This document shows positions 19,746 to 29,979 of a stretch of 64,000 bases of DNA, piece after piece. The translations under genes were made by a program, and so were the position numbers. The notes under the pieces were generated by a model. That model saw only the letters and a program-made list of their open reading frames with translations, was not told the origin of the DNA and searched no databases. This DNA comes from an uncultured Chloroflexia bacterium (GTDB lineage Bacteria; Chloroflexota; Limnocylindria; Limnocylindrales; CSP1-4), in contig CAVQJC010000001.1 of assembly GCA_963712745.1 (NCBI GenBank), forward strand, positions 96,001 to 160,000. Direction: 5' to 3'. Numbering within the stretch: the stretch's first letter is position 1; the number at the start of each line of letters is the position of its first letter.

Positions 19746-22217
19746 ATGAACGAGCAGACCGGCGCTGGCCCCGGCCCCACCAGGACCGCACGTGGCCCTG
19801 TGCCCCGGGCGCGACCGCGCCCTCCGCAGCCGTCTGTCCCGGTGCAGCAGTCGCCACCACCGCCAGCGTTCTCGTCGGCACTGGCACCACGGCATCCCCC
19901 GCCGGGCTCGTACGCCTGGCCGGCCCCGCTCTCGACCCGGCCCATCCCGCCGCCGACGACGAGCGTTCCGCCGAGCCGGACGACAGCCACCGGTGGACCC
20001 TCGCGCGCCGAGCATTTCCGGCCCGACATCGAGGGCTTGCGCGGGCTGGCCATCCTGCTGGTGGTCCTCTTCCACGCGGCGCCGGGGCTCGCCGCGGGTG
20101 GCTACATCGGCGTCGATGTCTTCTTCGTCATCAGTGGCTTCCTCATCACCGGCCTGCTGATGCGGGAGTTGGACAGCCGGGGCCGTGTCGATGTGAGGCG
20201 CTTCTACGTTCGACGCATCCGCCGCCTGCTGCCGGCAGCCTCGCTCGCCATCGGTGTCACGTTCCTGCTGAGCGCGATGGTCATCCCGCCGCTGGACCTG
20301 CCCCGCGTTGCCGGGGACGGCATCGCCTCCGCGCTATCGGTCGCGAACATCCGCTTCGCCGTCGCTGCCGGCGACTACTTCAGCGCCGAGGCCGCCGCCT
20401 CCCCGTTCCTGCATTACTGGTCGCTGAGCGTGGAGGAGCAGTTCTACCTCGTCTGGCCGGCGCTGCTCATCGTGGCGCTCGCGTTGTTCCGGGGGCCACG
20501 CGGCGTAGCCCTGGCGGTGGCGGCCGTGGCCGTCATCTCGTTCGGCCTCGCGGTGGTGCTGACCGACGTCGCGGTGAACTGGGCCTTCTTCTCACTGCCC
20601 ACCCGAGCCTGGCAGTTGGCGCTCGGTGGGCTGCTCGCCATCGCCGCGCTCCGCGGGCTGCGGGCCGGGCGCTTCTTGGGGGTGCTCGTCGTCGTCGGAT
20701 GGCTGGGCCTGGTGGCCGTACTGGTCGCCGGCGTCGCCTTCGACGCACAGCTGGCGTACCCCGGCCTGTGGGCGCTGGCGCCGACTGTGGGCGCCGTGGC
20801 CATCATCCTCGCCGGCGACCACCGGTTCGGTCCTGGCCTCGTCCTGCGGACGGCACCGATGCGGTTCTTCGGGCGCATCAGCTACTCGCTCTACCTATGG
20901 CACTGGCCGCTGCTGGTGCTGCCGGCCATCGCCGTCGGCTCCGAGCTGCCCCTGGAGGTCCGTGCCGGCCTCGTCCTGCTGGCGGTGCTCATCGCGACCG
21001 CAAGCACGCTCATCGTCGAGGAACCGATCCGCCGGTCGCCCGCTCCGGCGAGCGGGCGACGCCAGCTGGCCGTGCCTTCGATGCTGGTACTGGCCCTGGC
21101 GGTCGTCGTCGCATCCGGTGTGGGTGCCACGACGTGGGTGACCGACACGGCCATCGCGGAGTCGCGCCAGCCGCCGGTAGCACGGGCAGACCCGAACGAG
21201 ACGACCGGTGGAGCCGAGCCGGGCAGCAGGGCCAGGGGCGCTGCTGCCGAGACGCCTCGTCCTGCGGCGCCTCAGAACGAAGAGCGAGACCCCGAGCCGA
21301 ACGCTCGCACCAAGGCGGCCCGGAAGACCCCTCGCTCGGTTCCCGATCCGCCGCCCGCACGGCGCTCGTCGAAGAAGCCCCGATCCACGCCACGCCCGAC
21401 GCCACGCCCGCTGCCTGTCATCGGGCTACCTGCCGACGTGCGACCGTCCGTCTGGGACGCGTCCGAGGACGAGGAGCAGCTCCGTCGTAACTACTGTCTG
21501 GAGTCGGAGGAAGCGACGCGTCCGAAGCGATGCGTGTTCGGCAACACGCGAAGCAAGTTCGTCGTTGCGCTCGTGGGCGACTCGCACGCCTCGCACTGGT
21601 TCCCGGCGATCCAGCGGGTCGCCAAGAAGCGAGACTGGCGAGTCGTCACCTTCGTCAAGGTCTCCTGCCCGTTCGCGGACATGCCGGTCAAGAACCTCAG
21701 GTTGAAGCGGACCTACACCGAATGCGCGCGCTTCAACGAGAACACCGTGGCGGCGCTCATGAAGCTCAAGCCCGACCTCGTCATCACCGCGCTGTTCCGC
21801 TTCCAGTACCCCGTCCGCTCGAGCGACGAGTCCGCCACCGAGCAGGGCCTCTCCGTCGCGCGCATGCTCGACCAGGTGCCGGGGAAGAAGGTGATCCTCG
21901 CGGACGTACCCTTCGCCAGCCACGACGTACCGGCCTGTCTCTCGAAGAACCTCAAAGACGTCCGACGCTGCGCCGTGGCCAGCTTCCGGCGGTCATCCGG
22001 CGGCTCCCCCGAGCGTGAACGCATCGCGGCGAAGCGCAGCGGTGGCTCCATCATCAACCTTGGCCGTGCCATCTGCGGCGGTCCGGGCGACTGCCCGGTC
22101 GTCCGCGACGGCATGATCATCTACCGCGACACCCACCATCTCACGGCCACGTTCGCCCGCTCGCTCGCGCCCGCCCTGGACCGGGCGCTGAACCGGGTCC
22201 TCGGCCGACGGCCCTGA
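19746..22217 (+). CDS. Acyltransferase-3/SGNH fusion O-acyltransferase (OafA/OatA-like)
   Basis: FRPDIEGLRG, GVDVFFVISGFLIT, HYWSLSVEEQFY, SYSLYLWHWP; C-terminal GDSHA and DTHH; start uncertain. Confidence 0.92.
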   Translation: MNEQTGAGPGPTRTARGPVPRARPRPPQPSVPVQQSPPPPAFSSALAPRHPPPGSYAWPAPLSTRPIPPPTTSVPPSRTTATGGPSRAEHFRPDIEGLRGLAILLVVLFHAAPGLAAGGYIGVDVFFVISGFLITGLLMRELDSRGRVDVRRFYVRRIRRLLPAASLAIGVTFLLSAMVIPPLDLPRVAGDGIASALSVANIRFAVAAGDYFSAEAAASPFLHYWSLSVEEQFYLVWPALLIVALALFRGPRGVALAVAAVAVISFGLAVVLTDVAVNWAFFSLPTRAWQLALGGLLAIAALRGLRAGRFLGVLVVVGWLGLVAVLVAGVAFDAQLAYPGLWALAPTVGAVAIILAGDHRFGPGLVLRTAPMRFFGRISYSLYLWHWPLLVLPAIAVGSELPLEVRAGLVLLAVLIATASTLIVEEPIRRSPAPASGRRQLAVPSMLVLALAVVVASGVGATTWVTDTAIAESRQPPVARADPNETTGGAEPGSRARGAAAETPRPAAPQNEERDPEPNARTKAARKTPRSVPDPPPARRSSKKPRSTPRPTPRPLPVIGLPADVRPSVWDASEDEEQLRRNYCLESEEATRPKRCVFGNTRSKFVVALVGDSHASHWFPAIQRVAKKRDWRVVTFVKVSCPFADMPVKNLRLKRTYTECARFNENTVAALMKLKPDLVITALFRFQYPVRSSDESATEQGLSVARMLDQVPGKKVILADVPFASHDVPACLSKNLKDVRRCAVASFRRSSGGSPERERIAAKRSGGSIINLGRAICGGPGDCPVVRDGMIIYRDTHHLTATFARSLAPALDRALNRVLGRRP

Positions 22218-22494
22218 GGCCATGGCTGCCCGGGCGCGATGACTCAGGAGTGACCCGTGGAGCGGAGAGCGGCCTTCGCGGCCCTGTCCGGAGCCGCCAC
22301 CGCGGGGAGCGAGACCAGGAAGCTGACCGCAAGAGCCATCGCAACCCGCGCAGGAGCATCGGCCGATGCGTGGCGCAGCCATCGTGCCAGCGGACGTCCA
22401 GCCCTACCCCATCCAAGTCGCAGGTACAACGTCACTTGCCAGCCGGACGAGCCGGGCATACGTTCGAGTTGAGTGGTCGCGAAGGAGAGGGATC

Positions 22495-23100
22495 ATGTCC
22501 AGGATCGCAACCATGCCGGCGATCGCACTCGCACTCGCGCTCGCCGCTGGGGGTGTCGCCAGCGCGACTGAACCAGACGAGGGTCAGCACGTCGACGACC
22601 CCCTCGGTGATGCCACGGGCACGGCCCCCGACATCGTCGCCTGCTCGATCAGCGAGCCGGACGGGCCTACGGTCAGTATCAGCGTCGAGTTCGCCTCGGA
22701 GCCACCGATCACCACCGACATGGAGACATACACCGACGTCATCTTCGTCGATCTAGCGGTGGATCCGGAGGGGGCGATGGCGACCACGGAGCAAGCCCGG
22801 GAGGAGACCGACTTCATCATCGGCACACACGCCGTCACGCTCCCCGAAGCACTCGAGCGCGGCGGCCACATGTATCCGACCGCGGAGGGCAGCGAGCTGT
22901 TCTGGCACGTGGTCGATGTGGCGGTCGAGGGCCCGACGATCACGTTCGCGGTCGACCGCGAGCTGCTCGGCGACCCGGACGTGATCTCCTGGCACGTGCT
23001 TGCGGGCATCGAACGCGGAGAAGGCGAAGAAGAACCCGAGGAGTCGTTCGACGACTGCCCCAACGACTCGCGCGGCACCTACGAGCTGACGAAGTCGTGA
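22495..23100 (+). CDS. Secreted acidic protein, paralog 1
   Basis: Signal peptide; DPLGD...PDIVACSISEP...EFASEPP...VVDVAVEG...VDRELLGDP...DDCP. Confidence 0.7.
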   Translation: MSRIATMPAIALALALAAGGVASATEPDEGQHVDDPLGDATGTAPDIVACSISEPDGPTVSISVEFASEPPITTDMETYTDVIFVDLAVDPEGAMATTEQAREETDFIIGTHAVTLPEALERGGHMYPTAEGSELFWHVVDVAVEGPTITFAVDRELLGDPDVISWHVLAGIERGEGEEEPEESFDDCPNDSRGTYELTKS

Positions 23101-23152
23101 CGCTGATCGTGGGCCCGCCACAGCGGCCCGATGGGCAGGGATACCCCATGAG

Positions 23153-23773
23153 GTGATGATGATGACCCTGGTATCGAAGATCCTGGCGGCCGCCGCTGCG
23201 CTCGTGCTGGCGAGCGCGACCGGGGTGGCTGCCGCCGAGGTCGAGCCGGAGCCGACCGACCCGCCGACCGTCCCGCTGGCCATCTACGAGGACCCCGTGG
23301 GCGACGTGCCGGGTGGCGAAGGGCCCGACTTCGTGTCCTGCAGCATCGCTGAACCCTGGCAATCCCTCGTCAGCTTCAGCTTCGAGTTCGCCGCGGAACC
23401 GCCGCTTTCCTATGACCTCGAGACGATGTCAACAGACGAGCTCTGGGTCGGCCTGTCGACCGATCCGGCGGCGATCTTCCCCGATGACATCACCCACCTC
23501 CTCGGTGTCCATGGAGCCACGCTCGAGCAGGAGGCCGTGTCCGGTGCCACGCTGTTCGACGCGACGCTGACCGAGGGCGACCCGGTGTTCTGGGGCGTCG
23601 TCGACGTCGAGGTCGAGGGGACGATCCTGACACTGACCGTCGATCGCAAGCTGGTGGGCGACCCCGAGGATCTGTACTTCGTGGGCATCGCCTCCACCGA
23701 AGGGCAGGAGGTCGGCGACTTCTGCCCCGATGTCCACGAGCTGGAGCCGGGCAGGTACCAGCTGGGCGGATAG
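23153..23773 (+). CDS. Secreted acidic protein, paralog 2
   Basis: Signal peptide; DPVGD...PDFVSCSIAEP...EFAAEPP...VVDVEVEG...VDRKLVGDP...DFCP. Confidence 0.7.
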   Translation: MMMMTLVSKILAAAAALVLASATGVAAAEVEPEPTDPPTVPLAIYEDPVGDVPGGEGPDFVSCSIAEPWQSLVSFSFEFAAEPPLSYDLETMSTDELWVGLSTDPAAIFPDDITHLLGVHGATLEQEAVSGATLFDATLTEGDPVFWGVVDVEVEGTILTLTVDRKLVGDPEDLYFVGIASTEGQEVGDFCPDVHELEPGRYQLGG

Positions 23774-23836
23774 ACCGCCTGGGTGGCTGCGATCTGAGGC
23801 GGCACGATGGCGCCTCCGCGGGCGCGACCCCGAAGA

Positions 23837-24616
23837 TCAGGACCTGTTCCAGGAGCCGACCTGAGGGGGCGCCGAGTCGCGGATCTCGTCATCGTCCGGA
23901 TCGACCACGATGCGGCCGCTGGACCCAAGGACAAGGACCACGGCATCGGGCGCCACATGGAGGACGCCGGGCCCCAGGTCGAGCACGAGCGGCAGCTCCA
24001 GGGCCCTGGCGATGATGGCCGCGTGCCCGACGACTGTCCCGCCGGCGAGGGCGATCCCGGCAACGAGCTCCGGTCGCAGGCTCGCCGTCTCGGATGGCCC
24101 GAGGTCGTCGGCGATGAGCACGGCCGGCGCACCGTCGGCGTGCCATGGATCGGTGACCTGTCGACCGCTGATCCGACGGGTGATCCGATGGGCGACATCC
24201 AGGACGTCAGCCGCCCGTGCCTGGAAGAACGGATCGTCCAGCGCCGCGAGCTTCTCCGACTGCCTGGTCGCGGCTGCGAGCAGCGCCTGGTCGGCAGCAG
24301 CGCCGGAGCATACCGATTCCAGGGCGGGCGCGACGATCGCTGGGTCGCGCGCGATGACGGCCTGGGCTTCGAGGATCGCCGCGACATCCATCCCGGCGCT
24401 CGATGCGGTCTGTGCGGCGAGCGCCGTCAGCTCAGCGGCCGTCGCCTCGATCGCATCCTGCAGTCGCGCCACCTCAAGTGACGTATCACCGCTGGCGGCG
24501 AGACCCATCTCAGAGTCAGCGACCGATCCGTCACTCGGCACGCGAGCCAGGCGGAGGGCCCGGCCGATGCCCACACCTGGTGAGGCGGCAACGCCGGTGA
24601 ACACCGCACGGGTCAA
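23837..24616 (-). CDS. PTS enzyme I N-terminal half (HPr-binding and phospho-His domains; no PEP-binding domain)
   Basis: GVAASPGVGIG, ARAADVLDV, ADDLGPSET, GHAAIIARALELP. Confidence 0.85.
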   Translation of the reverse strand: MTRAVFTGVAASPGVGIGRALRLARVPSDGSVADSEMGLAASGDTSLEVARLQDAIEATAAELTALAAQTASSAGMDVAAILEAQAVIARDPAIVAPALESVCSGAAADQALLAAATRQSEKLAALDDPFFQARAADVLDVAHRITRRISGRQVTDPWHADGAPAVLIADDLGPSETASLRPELVAGIALAGGTVVGHAAIIARALELPLVLDLGPGVLHVAPDAVVLVLGSSGRIVVDPDDDEIRDSAPPQVGSWNRS

Positions 24617-24631
24617 GGTTCGGGCCTCGCT

Positions 24632-25276
24632 TCAGCCTGAGATCGAGTCGGCGAGCGCGCGGACCAGCAGGGCGGCCGATGTGGCACCGGGATCCTGATG
24701 ACCGATGCTCCGTTCGCCAAGGTACGACGCCCGGCCCTTCGTTGCCAGCATCGGGATCGTGCGTTCGGCCCCCAGCTCCGCCGCCTCGGCCGCGGCCCGG
24801 ACGACGCCGATTGTGTCCCGGCCGTTCTGGAGCGCGACTCGCGCGGCTTCCGCTGCGGGAGCCAGCGCGTCCAGCATCGTCTTCTCACCCGTGCTCGATC
24901 GGCCGAGCGTGCCGATGCCCTCGACCACGGCCTCCAGTCCGGACACGAGCAGTCGGCCATCCGACGTCCCGGACTCAGCGGAGCCGATCGCGGCCGCCGC
25001 TCGCAGCAGACCCGTCCCGTAGAGTGGCCCGGATGCGCCGCCAACGCTGGAAATCAGCGTCCGCCCGGCCTGGCGCAGGCGTTCCGACGCGGCCCCGACA
25101 CCATGGTCGGCGGGCGGTCCTGCCTCGATCATGGCGGCGATCGCGCTGAACCCCCGGTCGAGGTTGACGCCGTGATCGCCGTCGCCGATGGCCTGGTCCA
25201 GCAGGGTCAGCCGATCGACCGCCGCATGGACCCGTTCTGCCGCGAGGCGGAGCCAGGCGTCGATGGTAGGAGACAT
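24632..25276 (-). CDS. dhaL: Dihydroxyacetone kinase ADP-binding subunit
   Basis: LDQAIGDGDHG, VGGASGPLYG, GEKTMLDAL, KGRASYLGERSIGHQDPGA. Confidence 0.95.
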   Translation of the reverse strand: MSPTIDAWLRLAAERVHAAVDRLTLLDQAIGDGDHGVNLDRGFSAIAAMIEAGPPADHGVGAASERLRQAGRTLISSVGGASGPLYGTGLLRAAAAIGSAESGTSDGRLLVSGLEAVVEGIGTLGRSSTGEKTMLDALAPAAEAARVALQNGRDTIGVVRAAAEAAELGAERTIPMLATKGRASYLGERSIGHQDPGATSAALLVRALADSISG

Positions 25277-25294
25277 CAGAGCGGGCGCCGGAGC

Positions 25295-26293
25295 TCAGGC
25301 GCCCCAGCGCAGTCCTGGCGTATGGACCGGCGCATCCCAAAGACGCACAAGCTCATCGTCGAGTCGCAGGAGTGTGACGGCGAACCCGGCCATCTCCAAG
25401 CTCGTGATGTAGTTGCCGACAAGGCATCGACCGATGCTGATGCCCAGGCCGGAGAGGATCCTGGCCACGCTGTCGAACGCGACGTACAGCTCGATGAGTG
25501 GCGTCCCGCCCATGCCGTTCACGAGGGTGAGGACGGTCTGCCCGCGAGTCAGCCCCAGGTCCGCCACGATCGGCGAGACCAACCACTCGGCCATGTCGTC
25601 GACCGCGGCCAGTCGCTCTCGTCGCCGCCCGGGCTCGCCATGGATGCCGATGCCGACCTCGACCTCGTCGTCGGGCAGATCGAAGGTCGGCGTGCCCGCC
25701 GCTGGCACCACGCAGGACGTCAGCGCCAGGCCCATCGAGCGGCCCTGCTCGTTGACGCGCCGCGCCACCGTGGCCACATCGCCCAGCGAGGCACCGGCCT
25801 CAGCGGCGGCACCGGCGATCTTCTCCACCAGCACCGTGACCCCGACCCCGCGCCGGCCGGCCGTATAGAGCGAATCCTCGACCGACACGTCGTCGTTGGT
25901 AAGCACCGAAGCGACCTCGACCTCGCCCGCCACGAGCTCAGCGGCCATCTGGAAATTCAGCACATCGCCGGTGTAGTTCTTGACGATGTGGAGGACGCCG
26001 GCTCCACGTTCTACGGCCCGCGTAGCAGCCTCGATCTGGTCCGGGACCGGTGATGTGAAGATCTCGCCGGGACAGGCGGCATCGAGCATGCCGTAGCCCA
26101 CGAAGCCACTATGGAGTGGCTCATGTCCCGAGCCGCCCCCGGAGACGAGCCCGACCTTGCCCTCGGTCGGCCCGCCGGCTCGAAGAACGATGCGGTTCGC
26201 GGTGTCTACTCGCACGAGCTCGCCGTGAGCGGCTGCGAGGCCGGCCAGGCTGTCGGAGACGACACCCTCCGCGGTATTGAGGAGCTTCTTCAT
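25295..26293 (-). CDS. dhaK: Dihydroxyacetone kinase DHA-binding subunit
   Basis: [37 protein letters not shown]. Confidence 0.95.
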   Translation of the reverse strand: MKKLLNTAEGVVSDSLAGLAAAHGELVRVDTANRIVLRAGGPTEGKVGLVSGGGSGHEPLHSGFVGYGMLDAACPGEIFTSPVPDQIEAATRAVERGAGVLHIVKNYTGDVLNFQMAAELVAGEVEVASVLTNDDVSVEDSLYTAGRRGVGVTVLVEKIAGAAAEAGASLGDVATVARRVNEQGRSMGLALTSCVVPAAGTPTFDLPDDEVEVGIGIHGEPGRRRERLAAVDDMAEWLVSPIVADLGLTRGQTVLTLVNGMGGTPLIELYVAFDSVARILSGLGISIGRCLVGNYITSLEMAGFAVTLLRLDDELVRLWDAPVHTPGLRWGA

Positions 26294-26310
26294 GCGAGCG
26301 GCTTCCGGCG

Positions 26311-26640
26311 TCATGGGTGCCTCCTCCCGGTGCCAGGCTGGTCGATCGATGATGGCCCATGCGCCGGGCCTGCGCCAGTGGCCGACGTATCGGGGACAAA
26401 CCCGAGCGCGACCACGCGCAGGGCCTCATCGGCATCGGCTCCGTCGGCGACCAGGGTGATCTCGGTCGACGGCCCGATCGCCAAGCCCAGGATCTCGATG
26501 AGGCTCTTGGCATCTGCCTCCCGTCCCTCGTGCCGGATGCTGATGCGGCTGCTGAAGGGACCGGCCAGCCGGACGATGCGAGCCGCCTGACGAGCGTGGA
26601 GCCCAGCGGGGTCGGTGACGACCACCCGGAGCTCGCTCAT
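26311..26640 (-). CDS. HPr-family phosphocarrier
   Basis: GLHARQAA (His15) and [12 protein letters not shown] (Ser46). Confidence 0.9.
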   Translation of the reverse strand: MSELRVVVTDPAGLHARQAARIVRLAGPFSSRISIRHEGREADAKSLIEILGLAIGPSTEITLVADGADADEALRVVALGFVPDTSATGAGPAHGPSSIDQPGTGRRHP

Positions 26641-27053
26641 GGGCCCACCTTGCGGCTCTTGGTGAGGCCGGCAGCTTGCTCGGCGGCCAGGACGATCTCG
26701 TCGATCGAGGCACCGACACTCGCCTGCACAGCCGCCACGATCGTGCCCTCTACGAGGGGTGCATCCGCGACCCGCACCCGGTCGCGCTCCGCCGGCTCCA
26801 GCGCGTCGAGGGCGACCTCGAGGCTGAGCACCGCGCTCCCAAGGTCGAGCAGGACGAGCACGTCATCGGCAGCCTCGAGCGCGCGCCGCAGCGCGGACAC
26901 GATCAGCGGCGCGCTCGTCCCGAGCTGCCCCTCGACCGTGCCGCCGGCGGTGGCGATGAGGACGTCAGGCCCGGCGACCTGACCAGCCATGTCCGCCAGA
27001 CCCTCGAGCAGCCTGTGGCTGTGGGAAACGAGCACCAGGCCAACCACGTTCAA
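26637..27053 (-). CDS. dhaM: DHA kinase phosphotransfer subunit (EIIA-mannose-like)
   Basis: GLVLVSHS, AGG...LGTS, DLGSA, DAPLVEG. Confidence 0.92.
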   Translation of the reverse strand: MNVVGLVLVSHSHRLLEGLADMAGQVAGPDVLIATAGGTVEGQLGTSAPLIVSALRRALEAADDVLVLLDLGSAVLSLEVALDALEPAERDRVRVADAPLVEGTIVAAVQASVGASIDEIVLAAEQAAGLTKSRKVGP

Positions 27054-27404
27054 CGGCCTCCTGCAGCGACCTCTGTCAGCTCGGGACGCCCACCGATGAG
27101 GGGAGCGCTCGGGAGATCATGAGGATACTCGCCAGAAGAGGCACGGCAGCCGCGGACCTGACTGCAGCTCCACACCGACGATCCACCGGCGATCGGGTAG
27201 GGAGCGACGTCGACCCGCTCCCTCCCACACCACCTCTCGCCGCCACCGACGGCGGCCGAGGTGTCGCTGCGCTCTGGCGCCGGGCCTGGGCGGATCTACC
27301 GGCTCACCACGGCGTCAGGCCCGCCACGAGAGCGGGGTGGTTGCGGTCGATACACCGTCCAGGCACCTGCCGTTCGGCACTTGTGGGGAACGCTACCGGC
27401 CTGT

Positions 27405-27420
27405 ATATGCTTTTGGCATA
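27405..27420. promoter_or_regulatory. Candidate PadR operator upstream of the radical SAM gene
   Basis: ATATGCTTTTGGCATA; 14/16 identical to 29540-29555; palindromic TATGC-N5-GCATA. Confidence 0.6.
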
Positions 27421-27453
27421 CGGATGCACTAAGCATCCCCAGCTTGGATTGGC

Positions 27454-28428
27454 ATGGCATCGCTTCCGATCGCCTTCGGCCCGGTACTCAGTCGCCGCCT
27501 CGGCTGGAGTCTTGGGGTCAACCACCTGCGTCCCAAGACCTGCAGCTATTCCTGCATCTACTGCCAGGCGGGGCCCACGACACGTGCTCGCACTCGGCCG
27601 GAACTCCACTACGACCCCGACGATGTGGTTGCCGCGACCCTGGCTCGCGTCGCGGACTGTCGCGAGTCGAACCAGCGCCTGGACGTGGTGACCTTCATCC
27701 CCGACGGCGAGCCGACCCTCGACGCCAGCCTGGGCGATTGCATCGAGGTGCTGCGAGCCCAGGGCTTGCGAGTCGCGGTGATCAGCAACGGTTCGCTGCT
27801 CCACCGCCCGGAGGTGGAGGAAACGCTCCGCCTCGCCGACATCGTGTCGCTGAAGGTCGACACCGTTGACACGCCGACCTGGCGCAAGCTCAATCGTCCC
27901 GTCGGCACGCTCGACCTTGGCGTCATCCTGCGTTCGTTGCGCGCATTCGCCCACAGCTACGACGGAGCGCTCATCAGCGAAACGATGCTCGTGGGCGGCG
28001 TCAACGACGATGTCGGCTCGGCCGAGCGAGTGGCTGACTTCCTTACCACCATCAACCCCGACCACGCGTACATCACGGTGCCGACGCGGCCGGGAGCCGA
28101 ATCGTGGGCGCGGCGACCGTCCGCAACCCTCGCGCTGCGAGCCGCGGAAGCGTTCGCCAGCCGGCGACTACGCACCACGCTGCTGACCGCAGGCGACGAC
28201 GTGGGCACCTTCGCCCGGGCCGACGACACGGTGGAGAGCCTGATCGGCATCCTCGCGGTCCATCCCATGAGCGAACACATCGCTCGCCGCTATGCCGATG
28301 CGGCGTCAGCCGACTGGGGAGCCATCGAGCGACTCATCGAGAAAGGCCGCCTCGTCCGCGTCGTCCAGGACGGCACCGCCTATCTCCGTATCGACCACAC
28401 GCACGCCAACGAAGGGAGCCGACCATGA
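27454..28428 (+). CDS. Radical SAM protein (COG0731-like Fe-S oxidoreductase)
   Basis: FGPVLSRRLG.SLGVN, CSYSCIYCQ, GEPTL. Confidence 0.88.
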   Translation: MASLPIAFGPVLSRRLGWSLGVNHLRPKTCSYSCIYCQAGPTTRARTRPELHYDPDDVVAATLARVADCRESNQRLDVVTFIPDGEPTLDASLGDCIEVLRAQGLRVAVISNGSLLHRPEVEETLRLADIVSLKVDTVDTPTWRKLNRPVGTLDLGVILRSLRAFAHSYDGALISETMLVGGVNDDVGSAERVADFLTTINPDHAYITVPTRPGAESWARRPSATLALRAAEAFASRRLRTTLLTAGDDVGTFARADDTVESLIGILAVHPMSEHIARRYADAASADWGAIERLIEKGRLVRVVQDGTAYLRIDHTHANEGSRP

Positions 28429-29522
28429 CATCGACACTCGACCCGCGAGTCACGGCTCGTGCGCTCGTGGTACCTGGCAAGGGCATCCTCGCCGCTGACG
28501 AGTCGTTCCCGACCATCGAGAAGCGCTTCGGTTCGATGGGCGTCGAATCGACCGAGTCGAATCGGCGCGCGTACCGCGAGATGCTGTTCTCGACCGCGGA
28601 ACTGGAACGCTCTATCAGCGGGGTCATCCTGTTCGACGAGACGATCCGTCAGGCCGACCGCGACGGCGTCCCCTTCCCCACCCTCCTCGACGCGAGGGGC
28701 ATCATCCCGGGCATCAAGGTCGACAAGGGTGCCAAGGCGCTCGCGGCCGCGCCCGGCGAGAAGGTCACCGAAGGTCTCGACGGGTTGCGTGATCGGCTCA
28801 GCGAGTACCGCGAGCTGGGGGCACGCTTCACCAAGTGGCGCGCCGTCTACGCCATCGGCGACGGGACGCCCAGCGAGCGCTGCATCCGTACCAACGCCGA
28901 CGCACTGGCGCGCTTCGCCACGCTCTCGCAGGAGGCCGAACTCGTGCCCATCCTCGAGCCAGAGGTGCTGATGGACGGCGCGCACAGCATCGAGCGCAGC
29001 GAGGCGGTCAGCCGTCACGTGTGGCAGTCGGTCTTCGAGGCGGCTCACGCACACCGAGTCGACCTGGAGTCGATGCTGCTCAAGACCAACATGGTGCTGC
29101 CGGGTTACGACAGCGCAGAGCAGGCGACGCCCGAAGAGATCGCACAGCGGACCGTGGCAAGCCTTGCCTGCCACGTGCCGCCGGCGGTGCCCGGCGTCGT
29201 GTTCCTCTCCGGTGGCCAGTCGGAGGAGACCGCCACCATCAACCTCGACGCCATCAACCGCAGCGGCACGTACGCGTGGGAGCTGTCGTTCTCCTTCGGC
29301 CGGGCGCTCCAGAGCAGCGCACTGCACGCCTGGGCCGACGACCCCGATGACATCGCCGTCGCCCAGGCCAAGCTACTCGCGCGGGCCGATGCGACGGCCG
29401 CCGCACGCGCCGGTGCCTACGGGGTTTCGGCACCGGCCGTGGCTGGCTCCACCGGCGGAGGCCGGGCCGCCTCGGCGGGCGGCGACGAAGTACTCGCAGG
29501 CTCGCGGCCTGCATCGGCTTGA
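28425..29522 (+). CDS. Class I fructose-bisphosphate aldolase
   Basis: GKGILAADES, GIKVDKG, KWRAV, LEPEVLMDG, LLKTNM, FLSGGQS, SFSFGRALQ. Confidence 0.95.
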   Translation: MTSTLDPRVTARALVVPGKGILAADESFPTIEKRFGSMGVESTESNRRAYREMLFSTAELERSISGVILFDETIRQADRDGVPFPTLLDARGIIPGIKVDKGAKALAAAPGEKVTEGLDGLRDRLSEYRELGARFTKWRAVYAIGDGTPSERCIRTNADALARFATLSQEAELVPILEPEVLMDGAHSIERSEAVSRHVWQSVFEAAHAHRVDLESMLLKTNMVLPGYDSAEQATPEEIAQRTVASLACHVPPAVPGVVFLSGGQSEETATINLDAINRSGTYAWELSFSFGRALQSSALHAWADDPDDIAVAQAKLLARADATAAARAGAYGVSAPAVAGSTGGGRAASAGGDEVLAGSRPASA

Positions 29523-29555
29523 CATCGCTACAGGCATGCATATGCTATTGACATA
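29519..29555 (+). promoter_or_regulatory. Promoter TTGACA-N16-TATGCT overlapped by a candidate PadR operator
   Basis: ATATGCTATTGACATA at 29540-29555, directly before the padR ATG. Confidence 0.6.
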
Positions 29556-29556
29556 T

Positions 29557-29979
29557 ATGGACACAGACGGCTCACCGGCCGTGGTCGGACGCGGCTGGAG
29601 CACCAAGGGCCATCACCACGGCACGCACCATGGAGCTCGACGAGGTCGCTGGGTCGAACCGTTCGTGCTGCTGCTCGTGGCCCAGGGCCCGACGTACGGC
29701 TACAAGCTCATCGGTGAGCTCAATGAGCTGGGCGTCGCACCCGCCGGCATCGACGTCGGCATGGTCTACCGCACGCTCCGAAACATGGATGACGAGGGCC
29801 TCGTCACGACCGAATGGGGCCTGGAGGGCGACCAGCCCCGACGCGAGTACCGGCTCACCGAGGACGGAGCCTGTGCTCTGGCTGACTGGATGGACGTGAT
29901 GGCCGAGCGCAAACGCCTGATCGAGCACTTCCTCGATCGTGGCAAGACCATCGCACGACGAGATGGGAGACCAAGATGA
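29557..29979 (+). CDS. PadR-family transcriptional regulator with a His-rich N-terminus
   Basis: GPTYGYKL, VYRTLRNMDDEGLV, PRREYRLTEDG; GHHHGTHHG. Confidence 0.9.
   Translation: MDTDGSPAVVGRGWSTKGHHHGTHHGARRGRWVEPFVLLLVAQGPTYGYKLIGELNELGVAPAGIDVGMVYRTLRNMDDEGLVTTEWGLEGDQPRREYRLTEDGACALADWMDVMAERKRLIEHFLDRGKTIARRDGRPR

Noticed and set aside
24698-26053. Long antisense ORFs (also 38482-39975, 44552-45925, 58279-59574 and others)
   Set aside because: Shadow frames of real high-GC genes on the opposite strand, with no motifs.
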